Virus record (IMG/VR): IMGVR_UViG_3300031087_000014
DNA: 64,000 nucleotides
Origin: a virus
Strand: one strand, 5' to 3'
Part shown: positions 20,227 through 29,467 of the stretch, piece by piece
Numbering within the stretch: position 1 is the stretch's first letter
Layout of the letters: each line of letters opens with the position of its first letter
Position numbers and translations under genes: made by a program
The notes under the pieces: model-generated
Seen by the model: only the letters and a program-made list of their open reading frames with translations
What the model was told of the DNA's origin: nothing
The model's database searches: none

Positions 20227-20961
20227 ATGGGAAAGAGTAGCCGTAAGTCTATTAAATCTTTTGATACCTCCGCACCACGTAGCAAATATCAAGAGAAGAA
20301 CGCAGAAACAGCACCCGATTATAAGCTGGGAGATTTCATCCCTACCGAAAAACAGAATCAGATTGTCAATAGTATCGAATGGAATGATCTGACCATCGTA
20401 AACGGTAAAGCTGGTACGGGTAAGACCTCTACCGCACTTTGGGCTGCAATCAAGAAGCTCAAGCAAGGGGAAACACGTAGAGTGCTATTCCTCAAGAACC
20501 CAACAGAAGTAGGTGACGATCAGATTGGCTTCCTTTCTGGTGACAAAAAGGATAAACTTGTCGCTCACTATGCTACAACAAAAAGAGTGTTCCATCAGTT
20601 TGTATCACCAGGTAAGTTAGAGTCAGATATTGCCAATGGTAAGATTGAACTTGAAATTCCAAACTACGCTTTAGGTGCGACTTGGGATGATTCGATTGTT
20701 ATCATTGACGAGAGCCAGTTAATGTCGCCTGAAACAATCAAGCTACTGCTTGAGCGTACAGGACAGAACACAAAAGTGGTAATTGTTGGTGATGTGACGC
20801 AAACTTACGCAGTTAAGAAGCGCCAGAACGGTTTAGCAGATTTAGTAAGTAGAGTAACCGACAACGGAGTTCCAAACAGGGACTTTATCGGGTATATTAC
20901 GCTGGAATCTGAGGACAACCAGAGGTCAAGACTTTCTCAGTACATTACTGAGGTATATTAA
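20227..20961 (+). CDS. phoH: PhoH-family ATPase
   Basis: GKAGTGKT, IGFLSG, DESQ, GDVTQ. Confidence 0.9.
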   Translation: MGKSSRKSIKSFDTSAPRSKYQEKNAETAPDYKLGDFIPTEKQNQIVNSIEWNDLTIVNGKAGTGKTSTALWAAIKKLKQGETRRVLFLKNPTEVGDDQIGFLSGDKKDKLVAHYATTKRVFHQFVSPGKLESDIANGKIELEIPNYALGATWDDSIVIIDESQLMSPETIKLLLERTGQNTKVVIVGDVTQTYAVKKRQNGLADLVSRVTDNGVPNRDFIGYITLESEDNQRSRLSQYITEVY

Positions 20962-21002
20962 ATAAGCAATGGGCAGGGAAGCCCTTATAACGAGGAGAAT
21001 GT

Positions 21003-21479
21003 ATGCAGTTAGTTGAGATTGATCGTAGTGGTGTTGAAGCCTGCTATCAGGCAGGTATGGTTAAGCCAAACGAGTTTCGTCAGATTTTTATGGATCTTCT
21101 TGCAAAAGAGGTACAACTTCGGTTAGAGTCCACCACTCCTTTCCAGGTAGTGTCTGCTCTGTTCACTCAAGAGTACTTTCTTGAATTCTATCAGAAGCTG
21201 GCGGGAACAAAAGATGATTTAGTTCAATGCGTGATCGATATCGCAACTTCCGAGCCAGAACTGCTGCTGATCGACCAAGAAGAAGCTAAACGCCTTTTCT
21301 TGAGCTATGTGTTCTACCGTAAAGCAGTTATTGTCCGTGATTGTAGTGATATCTTTAAGCACGAGCTAGTAGAGTCCAGCACGATTATGGTTGACAAAGA
21401 AACCCTCCGTGCTATAGAATACTTATCCGTCCATTCCTCCGGTGGTCGGGACTTAATTAAAACTTATTATCAAAACTAA
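21003..21479 (+). CDS. hypothetical protein
   Basis: GAGGAG SD and ORF. Confidence 0.65.
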   Translation: MQLVEIDRSGVEACYQAGMVKPNEFRQIFMDLLAKEVQLRLESTTPFQVVSALFTQEYFLEFYQKLAGTKDDLVQCVIDIATSEPELLLIDQEEAKRLFLSYVFYRKAVIVRDCSDIFKHELVESSTIMVDKETLRAIEYLSVHSSGGRDLIKTYYQN

Positions 21480-21488
21480 GGAGGTTGA

Positions 21489-22130
21489 ATGACTACAATT
21501 ATTGCTACCCGAGATGCAATCTATAGTGACGGGATGATTACAGTCGGGGATCGTGTTGACAGCGTTAACTTCAACAAGGTAAGAAAGATTGAAGGATACC
21601 TTGTAGGTGGTGCTGGTCGCTTATCCTCTATCCTAACATTCTTCTCTTGGATGGAAGAACGTATCAAAGCAGAACGTCTGTCCGAGGAACTGCCCAGCTT
21701 GGATTTTGATAATGATCCAGAAAAAGACGACGAAGAGTTTACTGCTTTAGTTGTTCATCCTGACGGTGAAATCTATTTGCACGAAGGCAATGATCCTTCA
21801 CGAGCATATCCAATTGATACGGAGTATTATGCAGTCGGAAGCGGTAGTGACTACGCATTAGCAGCATTAGATGCAGGAGCCACACCAGAAGTTGCTATGG
21901 ATGTTGCCAAGTTTAGAGATGCATTCTCAGGTGGAGCAACATTCTCAGAACATATCCCGCCAGAAGAAAAGAAAGTCGAACTTACGGATGAAGTTATGGG
22001 ACTTATGAGCAAGGAAGAGTTGATGCACCTTATCAAAACAGGAGTACCACTTGGAAAACCCGAACAAGTATTTGTTAGCAGCAGACCAAATCCTGAGTCT
22101 GACACCAGAAGCCAAACACCTACTGGCTGA
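21489..22130 (+). CDS. HslV/proteasome-beta-like Ntn-hydrolase
   Basis: N-terminal MTT, DG, GGAG, AVGSGS.YA.AAL and D..SGG motifs. Confidence 0.75.
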   Translation: MTTIIATRDAIYSDGMITVGDRVDSVNFNKVRKIEGYLVGGAGRLSSILTFFSWMEERIKAERLSEELPSLDFDNDPEKDDEEFTALVVHPDGEIYLHEGNDPSRAYPIDTEYYAVGSGSDYALAALDAGATPEVAMDVAKFRDAFSGGATFSEHIPPEEKKVELTDEVMGLMSKEELMHLIKTGVPLGKPEQVFVSSRPNPESDTRSQTPTG

Positions 22131-22224
22131 GTTGATCGAGGAAGCCGAGAAATCGGCTTTTAAAGACGGCTTCAATAAAGGATATAATGCAGGTTTCATT
22201 GAGCATAAGTATTTACCTTTCTAA
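22051..22224 (+). CDS. small hypothetical protein (57 aa) overlapping the HslV-like gene (not in ORF track)
   Basis: AGGAG SD, TTG start, MENPNKYLLAADQILSL...YLPF; fills the gap up to the next SD. Confidence 0.55.
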   Translation: MENPNKYLLAADQILSLTPEAKHLLAELIEEAEKSAFKDGFNKGYNAGFIEHKYLPF

Positions 22225-22232
22225 GGAGAAGT

Positions 22233-22658
22233 ATGTTAATTACTAAAGTGGAAGTATTGGCGAAACATTTCGCCTTTCAGCAAACGAGGAAGCTAGGCAG
22301 AAACCTACGAATCGCAATGGCACGTAAAATGTATTGGGTGCCTGGAAAAGGCATCTTCGGGAATTTCTATGACAACTACACCAACGTGTTTGGTGAGGCA
22401 ATGTTAAAGAATCCTAAAAATGAAGAGATCCTTGATACGTTGCTTGCAATGGATAAGATTTCCGTGGTAAACTATAATTTACTAGCCTTCTATGACGAAA
22501 CTATGCAGGGTGAGGAGATGTTCCAAGCCCTGTTAGCTAAGTTTGAAGATAAAGAAGAACTTGACATTGATGAAAGATGTGTTAATATCGTCAGGTTCCT
22601 CGGAGACTTCAATGAAGAGACTCACGAAGGTAAGGGTGTGAAATGCCCGCAACTTTAA
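22233..22658 (+). CDS. hypothetical protein
   Basis: AAGGAG SD and ORF. Confidence 0.65.
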   Translation: MLITKVEVLAKHFAFQQTRKLGRNLRIAMARKMYWVPGKGIFGNFYDNYTNVFGEAMLKNPKNEEILDTLLAMDKISVVNYNLLAFYDETMQGEEMFQALLAKFEDKEELDIDERCVNIVRFLGDFNEETHEGKGVKCPQL

Positions 22659-23164
22659 AAAAGAAGTCTGAAAGAAATGCAAATGACTACTACCCAACAC
22701 CAGACTCAGCTATTGAGCCAATGTTGAATGTAATCAACTACGGTAGCATTGTAAAGGATTGGCGATTTGCTGAACCTTGCCGTGGAGAAGCAAAAGCAAT
22801 ATACAAGTACTTGCCTTTTGGAAGCGAGTACTGTGAGTTATCGGAAGGGAAAGATTATCTACTGTCTGAATGGAATGAAAAGCCAGATTGCATAATCACA
22901 AACCCGCCCTTCTCGATAGCTACCGAATTCTTAGAGAAGAGTCTTGCAGAGGCTGATGTTTGTATTTTCCTCTTGCGACTTGGCTTCTTAGAATCTGTGA
23001 GACGAAAGGAGTTCCACGATAAATATCCAGTGGATCATCTGATTGTCCTCAGTAAGCGTCCATCGTTCTCGGGAGACGGAAAAACAGACGGCACAGCTTA
23101 CGCTTGGTTTGTCTATGATCCGAAGAAGAGATTAGGACTACAAAAATCGATATATGTCGTATAA
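22643..23164 (+). CDS. DNA amino-methyltransferase (N6-A/N4-C)
   Basis: DYYPTP, EPCRG, catalytic NPPF, YAWF. Confidence 0.8.
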   Translation: MPATLKKKSERNANDYYPTPDSAIEPMLNVINYGSIVKDWRFAEPCRGEAKAIYKYLPFGSEYCELSEGKDYLLSEWNEKPDCIITNPPFSIATEFLEKSLAEADVCIFLLRLGFLESVRRKEFHDKYPVDHLIVLSKRPSFSGDGKTDGTAYAWFVYDPKKRLGLQKSIYVV

Positions 23165-23177
23165 TTAAGGAAATATA

Positions 23178-23369
23178 ATGGCTTCATATCAGAACTACCT
23201 AGTTCGTTACAGTGTTTCACAGAAGAGCACCATCGGTGCAGGCGTTGTGAGCACTACAGAGTCAGATGCAAAAGTAGCTGGAAGCAAAGTACTAGCCTCA
23301 GCCTTCGGTGTACCTGTCTCTCAGGATAAAGTATTCGTTTCAGTAATGGATGCTCCGGTAACAACCTAA
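23178..23369 (+). CDS. hypothetical protein
   Basis: SD, ORF, followed by a terminator. Confidence 0.55.
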   Translation: MASYQNYLVRYSVSQKSTIGAGVVSTTESDAKVAGSKVLASAFGVPVSQDKVFVSVMDAPVTT

Positions 23370-23376
23370 AAATCTT

Positions 23377-23400
23377 GCCCTCTTTCGGGAGGGCTTTTTC
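23377..23400 (+). terminator. intrinsic terminator
   Basis: GCCCTCT-TTCG-GGAGGGC plus TTTTT. Confidence 0.7.
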
Positions 23401-23413
23401 GTAGGAGGGAATT

Positions 23414-23611
23414 ATGCAGCAACAAGTGGAAGTAGTTCAAACCTTCACTTCAAAAGCATCCGCATTAAACTTTATGCAGTTTTTGAACGTGGATCGTATC
23501 TTACTCGATAGTACAGGCTCTGAATACAAGGTTGTATATGCCGCACTACGTAGCACAGTGGACGGTGAAGTTGTACCCAAAGAAGAAGAGACCAGTGTTA
23601 TCACCTCATAA
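23414..23611 (+). CDS. hypothetical protein
   Basis: AGGAGG SD. Confidence 0.6.
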   Translation: MQQQVEVVQTFTSKASALNFMQFLNVDRILLDSTGSEYKVVYAALRSTVDGEVVPKEEETSVITS

Positions 23612-23621
23612 GGGGTAATAA

Positions 23622-24209
23622 ATGCTCTTAAGTGCAAGTGGTTATGTCAGTTCCGAAATACTGACCAAAGCAATTCTACAGGCTTCAAAAGATCGTAAGC
23701 CATTGTCGTTGCCTATGTGTGTGGATTTTGATAGTGTATACCAAAGCCATATTTCGCATCTTTACGTGCGTAGAAACAACGTAGACAACGTAACAGAAAA
23801 CACATTCTATGTTACTACACCCAAGCAAGCTATCATCAATCAGTCTAAGATGGATCTCTTGCCCAAGTCAGGAGATTATTTCAGCATTCTCCCTTGTAGA
23901 AGCCTAGACGTAGAGGGGATGACGTGTTATTCTACTGAGATGTGCGTAGAGCTAATAGATTTTGGGCATAACACAATGTCTAAGATCGTAACAGAGATTA
24001 AATCTTTCCTAATCTCTCTTGGAGTACAACGGAAGTATATTGACTTCGTTATCTCAGAGAAAGAAGGAGAGGGTGTGGAAGTATGGGTAAACCTTATTAA
24101 GGTTGGTAATGTAATTTGCTTTGATACTCCTAACGGACGTACCGTTACGGTAGGAACCCTTGCAAAAGAACCTTTATTGTCTTATGCTGTAGAGGTGTCA
24201 ACAAGTTAA
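23622..24209 (+). CDS. hypothetical protein
   Basis: ORF in operon context. Confidence 0.6.
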   Translation: MLLSASGYVSSEILTKAILQASKDRKPLSLPMCVDFDSVYQSHISHLYVRRNNVDNVTENTFYVTTPKQAIINQSKMDLLPKSGDYFSILPCRSLDVEGMTCYSTEMCVELIDFGHNTMSKIVTEIKSFLISLGVQRKYIDFVISEKEGEGVEVWVNLIKVGNVICFDTPNGRTVTVGTLAKEPLLSYAVEVSTS

Positions 24210-24221
24210 ACGGAGGTAGTA

Positions 24222-24980
24222 ATGTTTCAGCAAAATATTAAAGAGGGTGATGGTAAACGAGTTTTAGTGTTTGGTGATGTTCACGGAGCCTGGCACTTGC
24301 TGGAAAAGGCTATCCACGATCTAGCTATTGAAAAGGGAGATGTAAAAGTCTTTCTTGGTGATCTAACAGACCGAGGAACCGAAAACCTCAAGTGTGTTGA
24401 CTACGCGGTTAACACAGAAAACTCATATGTTGTTCGCGGTAATCACGACGATATGTTGATTCAAGGTTTGCTGGAAGGGGATCAGAGAAACTATCTGGGA
24501 TGGTTACAGAACGGTGGAAAGACCGTATTAGCAGAAGTTGGTGAAGAGGGTAGTACTTGTTTGGCAGTGATGCTGGAGAACAAGTCTTATTACCTCATTA
24601 CGATGGAAGTTAATAGTAAGATGTACGCTTTCAGCCACGCAGAATACCCGCTGGAGTTGGAAGAAGTGCCACCTCAAGCTTTGGAAAAAGTTCTTGAGCG
24701 CGTTTATCCTGATGACCTCGATCAAGCGAAAGCAGAGATTGCTCAAATGCTTTGCTGGAACAGAACTATTATTGGTGCGATTGAGCAAGGATATAAACTT
24801 CCTGACGTACCTGGCGTGGAGATGATTTTCCACGGACATACTGGAGTGAAAGAGCCTGTTATTCACGGCAACCGAGCCTATATCGATACGGGATCAGTGT
24901 TCACCCAGAAACTTACAGTGGCTGTTATCGAACCTGACGGCGAGATCTGGTATTACAATACCAAAATGGAGGAGCTATAA
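24222..24980 (+). CDS. Ser/Thr protein phosphatase (lambda NinI-like metallophosphoesterase)
   Basis: GDVHG, GDLTDRG, RGNHD, HGHT, IDTG. Confidence 0.9.
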   Translation: MFQQNIKEGDGKRVLVFGDVHGAWHLLEKAIHDLAIEKGDVKVFLGDLTDRGTENLKCVDYAVNTENSYVVRGNHDDMLIQGLLEGDQRNYLGWLQNGGKTVLAEVGEEGSTCLAVMLENKSYYLITMEVNSKMYAFSHAEYPLELEEVPPQALEKVLERVYPDDLDQAKAEIAQMLCWNRTIIGAIEQGYKLPDVPGVEMIFHGHTGVKEPVIHGNRAYIDTGSVFTQKLTVAVIEPDGEIWYYNTKMEEL

Positions 24981-25202
24981 ATGTTCAAGATTAAAGTAAT
25001 TAAGAAAGTCGGAGATGTGGAAACCATTGTTGAAGTGGATACAGATAGCGTTGATATGGCCTTAGCCATTCTACGCCACAACGATGTTATTTCAATTACC
25101 AGCGATGTACCAAACCGTAATATTGATTTCGATTGGCAAGATTTCATTCGGAAGTCTAAAGAATACGGTTTACCCCAGACGCCTATGACGATCACTTGTT
25201 AA
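24981..25202 (+). CDS. hypothetical protein
   Basis: GGAG SD, abutting neighbours. Confidence 0.6.
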   Translation: MFKIKVIKKVGDVETIVEVDTDSVDMALAILRHNDVISITSDVPNRNIDFDWQDFIRKSKEYGLPQTPMTITC

Positions 25203-25212
25203 GGAGGTAAAA

Positions 25213-25932
25213 GTGCTAGTTGGAGAACTTCCACCAGAAGTAAGAGAGTTGCATCACCTCTTGTGGAAATATGCAGATAAGTATAATCTGTCTTTTGAAG
25301 AGGCTGTATCTGAGGTAACAAGATTATCTCGGGAGTTTCAGGATTCCCAGGAAGAGCAGTCTCAAGAAGGCCCGAGCAACTTGCTAGCATACACTGGTGT
25401 GGGCAGTCGTGAAGTGAGTGATGAAGAGTTTGACCTTATGGAAGCCGTTGCAAAGTGGTTAGCTGGTCAAGGCTATGTATTGCGTAGCGGAAAAGCTCTA
25501 GGGAGCGACAGTGCCTTTGAAAGCGGTGTAAACCTTGCAGGCGATATCTCTAAGAAAGAGATCTACACTCCTTGGGAAAAGTTTAACGGCAATGACTTGG
25601 AAGGCGAAACAATCCCTCTGGGTAAACCTTCTACTGTTGATTTTGGAATCTCGTTGAAACTTGTACGAGAGATCCATCCAGCAGCAGACAGATTATCTCA
25701 GGGTGCGCTAAAACTTCATCAACGTAACTGCCACCAAGTGTTAGGTAAAAGCCTGGAGAATCCTATTCCTTCACGTTTTCTGCTTGCCTGTGGTAAAGAA
25801 GATAAGGACGGAAATGTTCAAGGTGGTACTCGTACTGCTTGGATGCTAGCTAAGAAATATGGCGTCCCTTGCCTGAACATTCGAGGGAAGACGAAGAAAG
25901 AGATCTTCGCTTTCCTTAAGCAAGTGATGTAA
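25213..25932 (+). CDS. SLOG/DprA-like Rossmann-fold protein with N-terminal extension
   Basis: YTGVGSR, LRSG.A.G.D.AFE.G, GGT..A. Confidence 0.7.
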   Translation: MLVGELPPEVRELHHLLWKYADKYNLSFEEAVSEVTRLSREFQDSQEEQSQEGPSNLLAYTGVGSREVSDEEFDLMEAVAKWLAGQGYVLRSGKALGSDSAFESGVNLAGDISKKEIYTPWEKFNGNDLEGETIPLGKPSTVDFGISLKLVREIHPAADRLSQGALKLHQRNCHQVLGKSLENPIPSRFLLACGKEDKDGNVQGGTRTAWMLAKKYGVPCLNIRGKTKKEIFAFLKQVM

Positions 25933-26002
25933 CATATCAGGGGCACAACTGTTTAAATAGCGGTTAGTGTCCTTAATCAAACACCCTACAGAGGAGAAGA
26001 AT

Positions 26003-27168
26003 ATGTCAGAACATATAATTGCAGAAAATGGAATGGAAGCTAGCTTTGTAAAAAGCTGGGAAGGTTGGGATGAAATGGATACCTCCGATCTCTATTTCTA
26101 TGACGTAAAGCTGCTGCCAGGTATTTTCCCTGCACACGTCTACGAACGTGAAGCAGAAGTTAAAGCTTCCGGTGGTCAGATTGATCTAGGTATCTGGGGC
26201 CAAACCAGTGTTATCGAACTTTATGACGGCAACGAAGAGCCAATCTTCAAATCTCAGTTTAAACTCGTATTAGTGGAGGAAGTATAATGGCAAAGTTAGG
26301 TGAAGTATTTATTGATCGTTGGGATGACGAAGCTTATATCTGTATCTATGACGGAAAGACACGTCTTGATCAAGCAAATCCTACTCAGCTTGTAGATTGG
26401 AACTTTGATCCAGAAGCTTTGGATGAACACGTTTCAGAATACCCAGGCACAGCAGCATACCTTAGCGAATACGGTGATGTGGAAGACTACGATAGTATGA
26501 TGGATGATCGCAACTTACGTTCTCAGAGTGATATTGAAGAAGGCAAAAAGCTATACAAGAAAATCAAGAAAGCCTTAAAGCAAGTAGAAGGTTTAGATTT
26601 AGATAACCTAATTCTTTCTGATGGTGTTGTCTACAACGGTAACAGTGCGTGTTGTGATTACATCCAAGGTACTTATGCTTGGTGTTCAAGTTCAATGGAG
26701 TGCTAAATGATTGCATACAAAGAGCCAACAAAACGTTTTAATATTGACAAGCTTCAATTTTCAGACTATGGCTCTGCGTTGACAAAGTTACTGTTTGATC
26801 GTCTTCCTTCCGCTATGAAGATCGAACTATCCACCTCCGATGTGTTTCACAGACCTTCGGAGGAACCGATAAAATTGGTTCAGTATACTTTTGATGCAGA
26901 GTTAGATAAACAGGACATTCGGGAACTAGGATTCATTGCACAAGGGCTGACTCCAGATCACGGAACTTTCTTTGAGAAGATCCTGACAGTTATCTACAAT
27001 CAGATTCACGCCGAAGTGAAGCATTTGTTTGAGCACGGAGTTCCGAAGGATTTTCAGACTTTAGTATTCCAAGCAAACCCAGCCGGATATGCTATCACCG
27101 GATATGTCAGGGATAATACAATCAGCATTACAACCGTGTTTAAGGTGGTGTCTAATGTTACAAACTAA
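26003..27168 (+). CDS. three hypothetical proteins (26003-26287, 26287-26706, 26707-27168)
   Basis: Abutting ORFs with SDs. Confidence 0.6.
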
Positions 27169-27694
27169 GGTAATATCTCTGGTTGCTGGCCCTGGGGCTG
27201 GCAAATCCACTACAGCCGCTGGTATCTTCCATAATATGAAGATCGACCAGAAGTACAAGGTGGAGTTGGTTACTGAGGTAATCAAAGATGCAGTGTATGA
27301 TGACAATACAGGTATGCTGGATGACCAATTACTGCTAACTGCAACTCAGAACCACGCCCTGCATCGTTTAGTCGGAAAGGTAGATTACGTTATCAGTGAT
27401 GCTTGTCTTCTAAATGGTATCGTGTATAATCGTTTTTACAATACGCCAAGTATCTTGGATAATCTGATTCTCACCTTATTCAAGGACTACGACAATACAG
27501 TAATTATGTTGCCTCGTAAGGCAAAGTATGAGGGATACGGCAGAAGCCAGACAGAACAAGAAGCCAAGGATATTGACCAACTTTTCATTGACGTTCTGGA
27601 GGAACTTGGTGTACCATATCACGACTTAAGACAATGTGGACTCACCACAAGAGAGTTACCACTTCATATCATCGACTTAATTGGAGGTAAATAA
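27155..27694 (+). CDS. P-loop kinase/ATPase (NadR/AAA_28-like)
   Basis: GPGAGKST, E..K, VISD, GRSQTEQEA. Confidence 0.7.
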   Translation: MLQTKVISLVAGPGAGKSTTAAGIFHNMKIDQKYKVELVTEVIKDAVYDDNTGMLDDQLLLTATQNHALHRLVGKVDYVISDACLLNGIVYNRFYNTPSILDNLILTLFKDYDNTVIMLPRKAKYEGYGRSQTEQEAKDIDQLFIDVLEELGVPYHDLRQCGLTTRELPLHIIDLIGGK

Positions 27695-27891
27695 TGGATT
27701 CAACTAAAGCACGTAAGGTAGTACAGAATGCAATCAACTCTATCACCCCTAACCTGACAGAGGGCCGTAACAGCTTCACTCTGGAAGACGGTGTTGAAGT
27801 TGTTATCAATGTACCTCAGAAAGAGGTAGAGTCTCACGAAGAATCTTGGTGGGAATCCTCAGAAGAATATTGGGACGATAGTGGTTGCTAA
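27694..27891 (+). CDS. small acidic protein
   Basis: Stop/start overlap; ends WWESSEEYWDDSGC. Confidence 0.6.
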   Translation: MDSTKARKVVQNAINSITPNLTEGRNSFTLEDGVEVVINVPQKEVESHEESWWESSEEYWDDSGC

Positions 27892-27908
27892 TCCCAACAA
27901 TATTTGAT

Positions 27909-27931
27909 AGCCTACTTCGGTAGGCTTTTTT
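27909..27931 (+). terminator. intrinsic terminator
   Basis: AGCCTAC-TTCG-GTAGGCT plus T-tract. Confidence 0.8.
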
Positions 27932-27949
27932 ACGTTAGGAGGAAATGAA

Positions 27950-28397
27950 ATGAGAGCAGTATCTGGTGATTGTGTTTTTGGTGGATGTATAGCGATTGTA
28001 TTTGGTTTGGACGATGAATACCCTATGGGTGCTACAGTTCACGTCCAGCATCGTATAGATGAAAACCCTATCTGGTTTTGCATCTATGACTGTCCAGTAG
28101 ACGGCTACAAAGAAGTATACCTGGATGAAAAGAATCTGAGTCGAGTCACCCCAGAAGACGAGGATACGATTGAGCGTTATTGGGGATCTAATGGAGGTGT
28201 GTATGCGTGACATTGTTTTTATGATTATTGATGAACACGGAATTCCAACGTGGTTCCCTACGACTGCTCTGGCTAACCACTATATTGAAAAGAGTGGGCT
28301 GGAGGGATACACAGAGATTCATCGTATCGATATCCCTAAGATCCAAGAGGAACTACTTACCTCTAAAGAATCCATCGAAGAACTGTTTAACTTTTAG
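27950..28397 (+). CDS. two hypothetical proteins (27950-28210, 28203-28397)
   Basis: GGAGG SDs. Confidence 0.55.
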
Positions 28398-28496
28398 GAG
28401 AACGTATGTCACTACACTTGCACGGCTTAGGTAACGTTTTAATATTCGCTGTCATCCTCGTAATAGCTTGGGAATGGTGGAAACGGAGTTAACAAG

Positions 28497-28522
28497 AGGA
28501 GCCTAACGGCTCCTTTTCTTTT
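28497..28522 (+). terminator. terminator ending the plus-strand block
   Basis: AGGAGCC-TAAC-GGCTCCT plus TTTCTTTT. Confidence 0.8.
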
Positions 28523-28531
28523 ATATAAGAC

Positions 28532-28598
28532 ACTCTAAGAGCCTCTAACAGGTCAGCAATACGTTTCCCTACCTTAGAATCATAAAACCTCTTAGAAT
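28532..28598. repeat. ~65-bp dispersed element, copy A
   Basis: ACTCTAAGAGCC...AAAACCTCTTAGAAT, imperfect terminal inverted repeats. Confidence 0.55.
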
Positions 28599-28621
28599 CG
28601 CTCCCACGAATCGTAGGCAAT

Positions 28622-28643
28622 AAAAAAGGAGCCTTTCGGCTCC
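28622..28643 (-). terminator. terminator ending the minus-strand block
   Basis: GGAGCC-GAAA-GGCTCC plus TTTTTT on the minus strand. Confidence 0.8.
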
Positions 28644-28648
28644 CTCTC

Positions 28649-29467
28649 TCATCCTTCCAGATGCTTTTCGATAATCTCACAGAACTCTGGGTCACTGAAA
28701 ACGTCTCCAGCGCCTTTCCTCCAGATTTTACCTCCTGCCTCTTGGATGATCTGCTCTTCGTTATACAAACCGTGAGGGTTTACCTCGTGTACCTGCAAAC
28801 CAAACCTACGGGCCTTCGGGATCAGTTCACTCCAGAAGTTAATCACTAAGTTAGAGCAACCTACAACAACCACCATATCTTGAACTGTCAGATTATCCAG
28901 AACGTGATACATCTCAGTGTAAGCTGGGGCATTCTCGTAGAAGAACACAATGTTAGGCTTAACAAAGAAGTGCTCAGAAACATCCACAGCATTATATCCA
29001 ACATCGATTACACGCCTAGGATCGCCAGGTGAGTCTTGGGTAATCACTTCTGGCAAATAACCGTGAATATGGAGGATATCAGATTTAACACCAGCACGTT
29101 CCAACAGGTTATCAACGTTAGTAGTCAGGTTAATCACTTGACCAGGGAAACGGTTAGCCCATTCTGCAATACGGCAATGAGCTAAGTTTGGCTCAACAGT
29201 ACCCAATTCTTCGCGGCGCTTGTTGTAAAACTCATTGGTTAGAGTGTACAGGTCAATGCCTTTATCATTTTCATACAGCCAGTGAGCCTTAACCTCTGAT
29301 CCAGTATACTTCTCAAAACCTGCACGGAAAGCGCGTAAGTCGCAAACCTCTCCAATATCGTATTCGTCCCACATACTTCTACCGGAAGCGGTGTCGGTAC
29401 GGAAAGCTCGTACTCCACTCTCAACACTAAGTCCCGCACCACTGATTACTATTAAACGTCTAGGCAT
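28649..29467 (-). CDS. Sir2-family NAD-dependent deacylase
   Basis: ISGAGLSVESG..FR, PNLAH, TTNVDNLLERAG, HIHG, KPNIVFF, VVGCS. Confidence 0.9.
   Translation of the reverse strand: MPRRLIVISGAGLSVESGVRAFRTDTASGRSMWDEYDIGEVCDLRAFRAGFEKYTGSEVKAHWLYENDKGIDLYTLTNEFYNKRREELGTVEPNLAHCRIAEWANRFPGQVINLTTNVDNLLERAGVKSDILHIHGYLPEVITQDSPGDPRRVIDVGYNAVDVSEHFFVKPNIVFFYENAPAYTEMYHVLDNLTVQDMVVVVGCSNLVINFWSELIPKARRFGLQVHEVNPHGLYNEEQIIQEAGGKIWRKGAGDVFSDPEFCEIIEKHLEG

Noticed and set aside
28489-28695. 68-aa minus-strand ORF
   Set aside because: It runs through both convergent terminators and the repeat element; unlikely to be coding.
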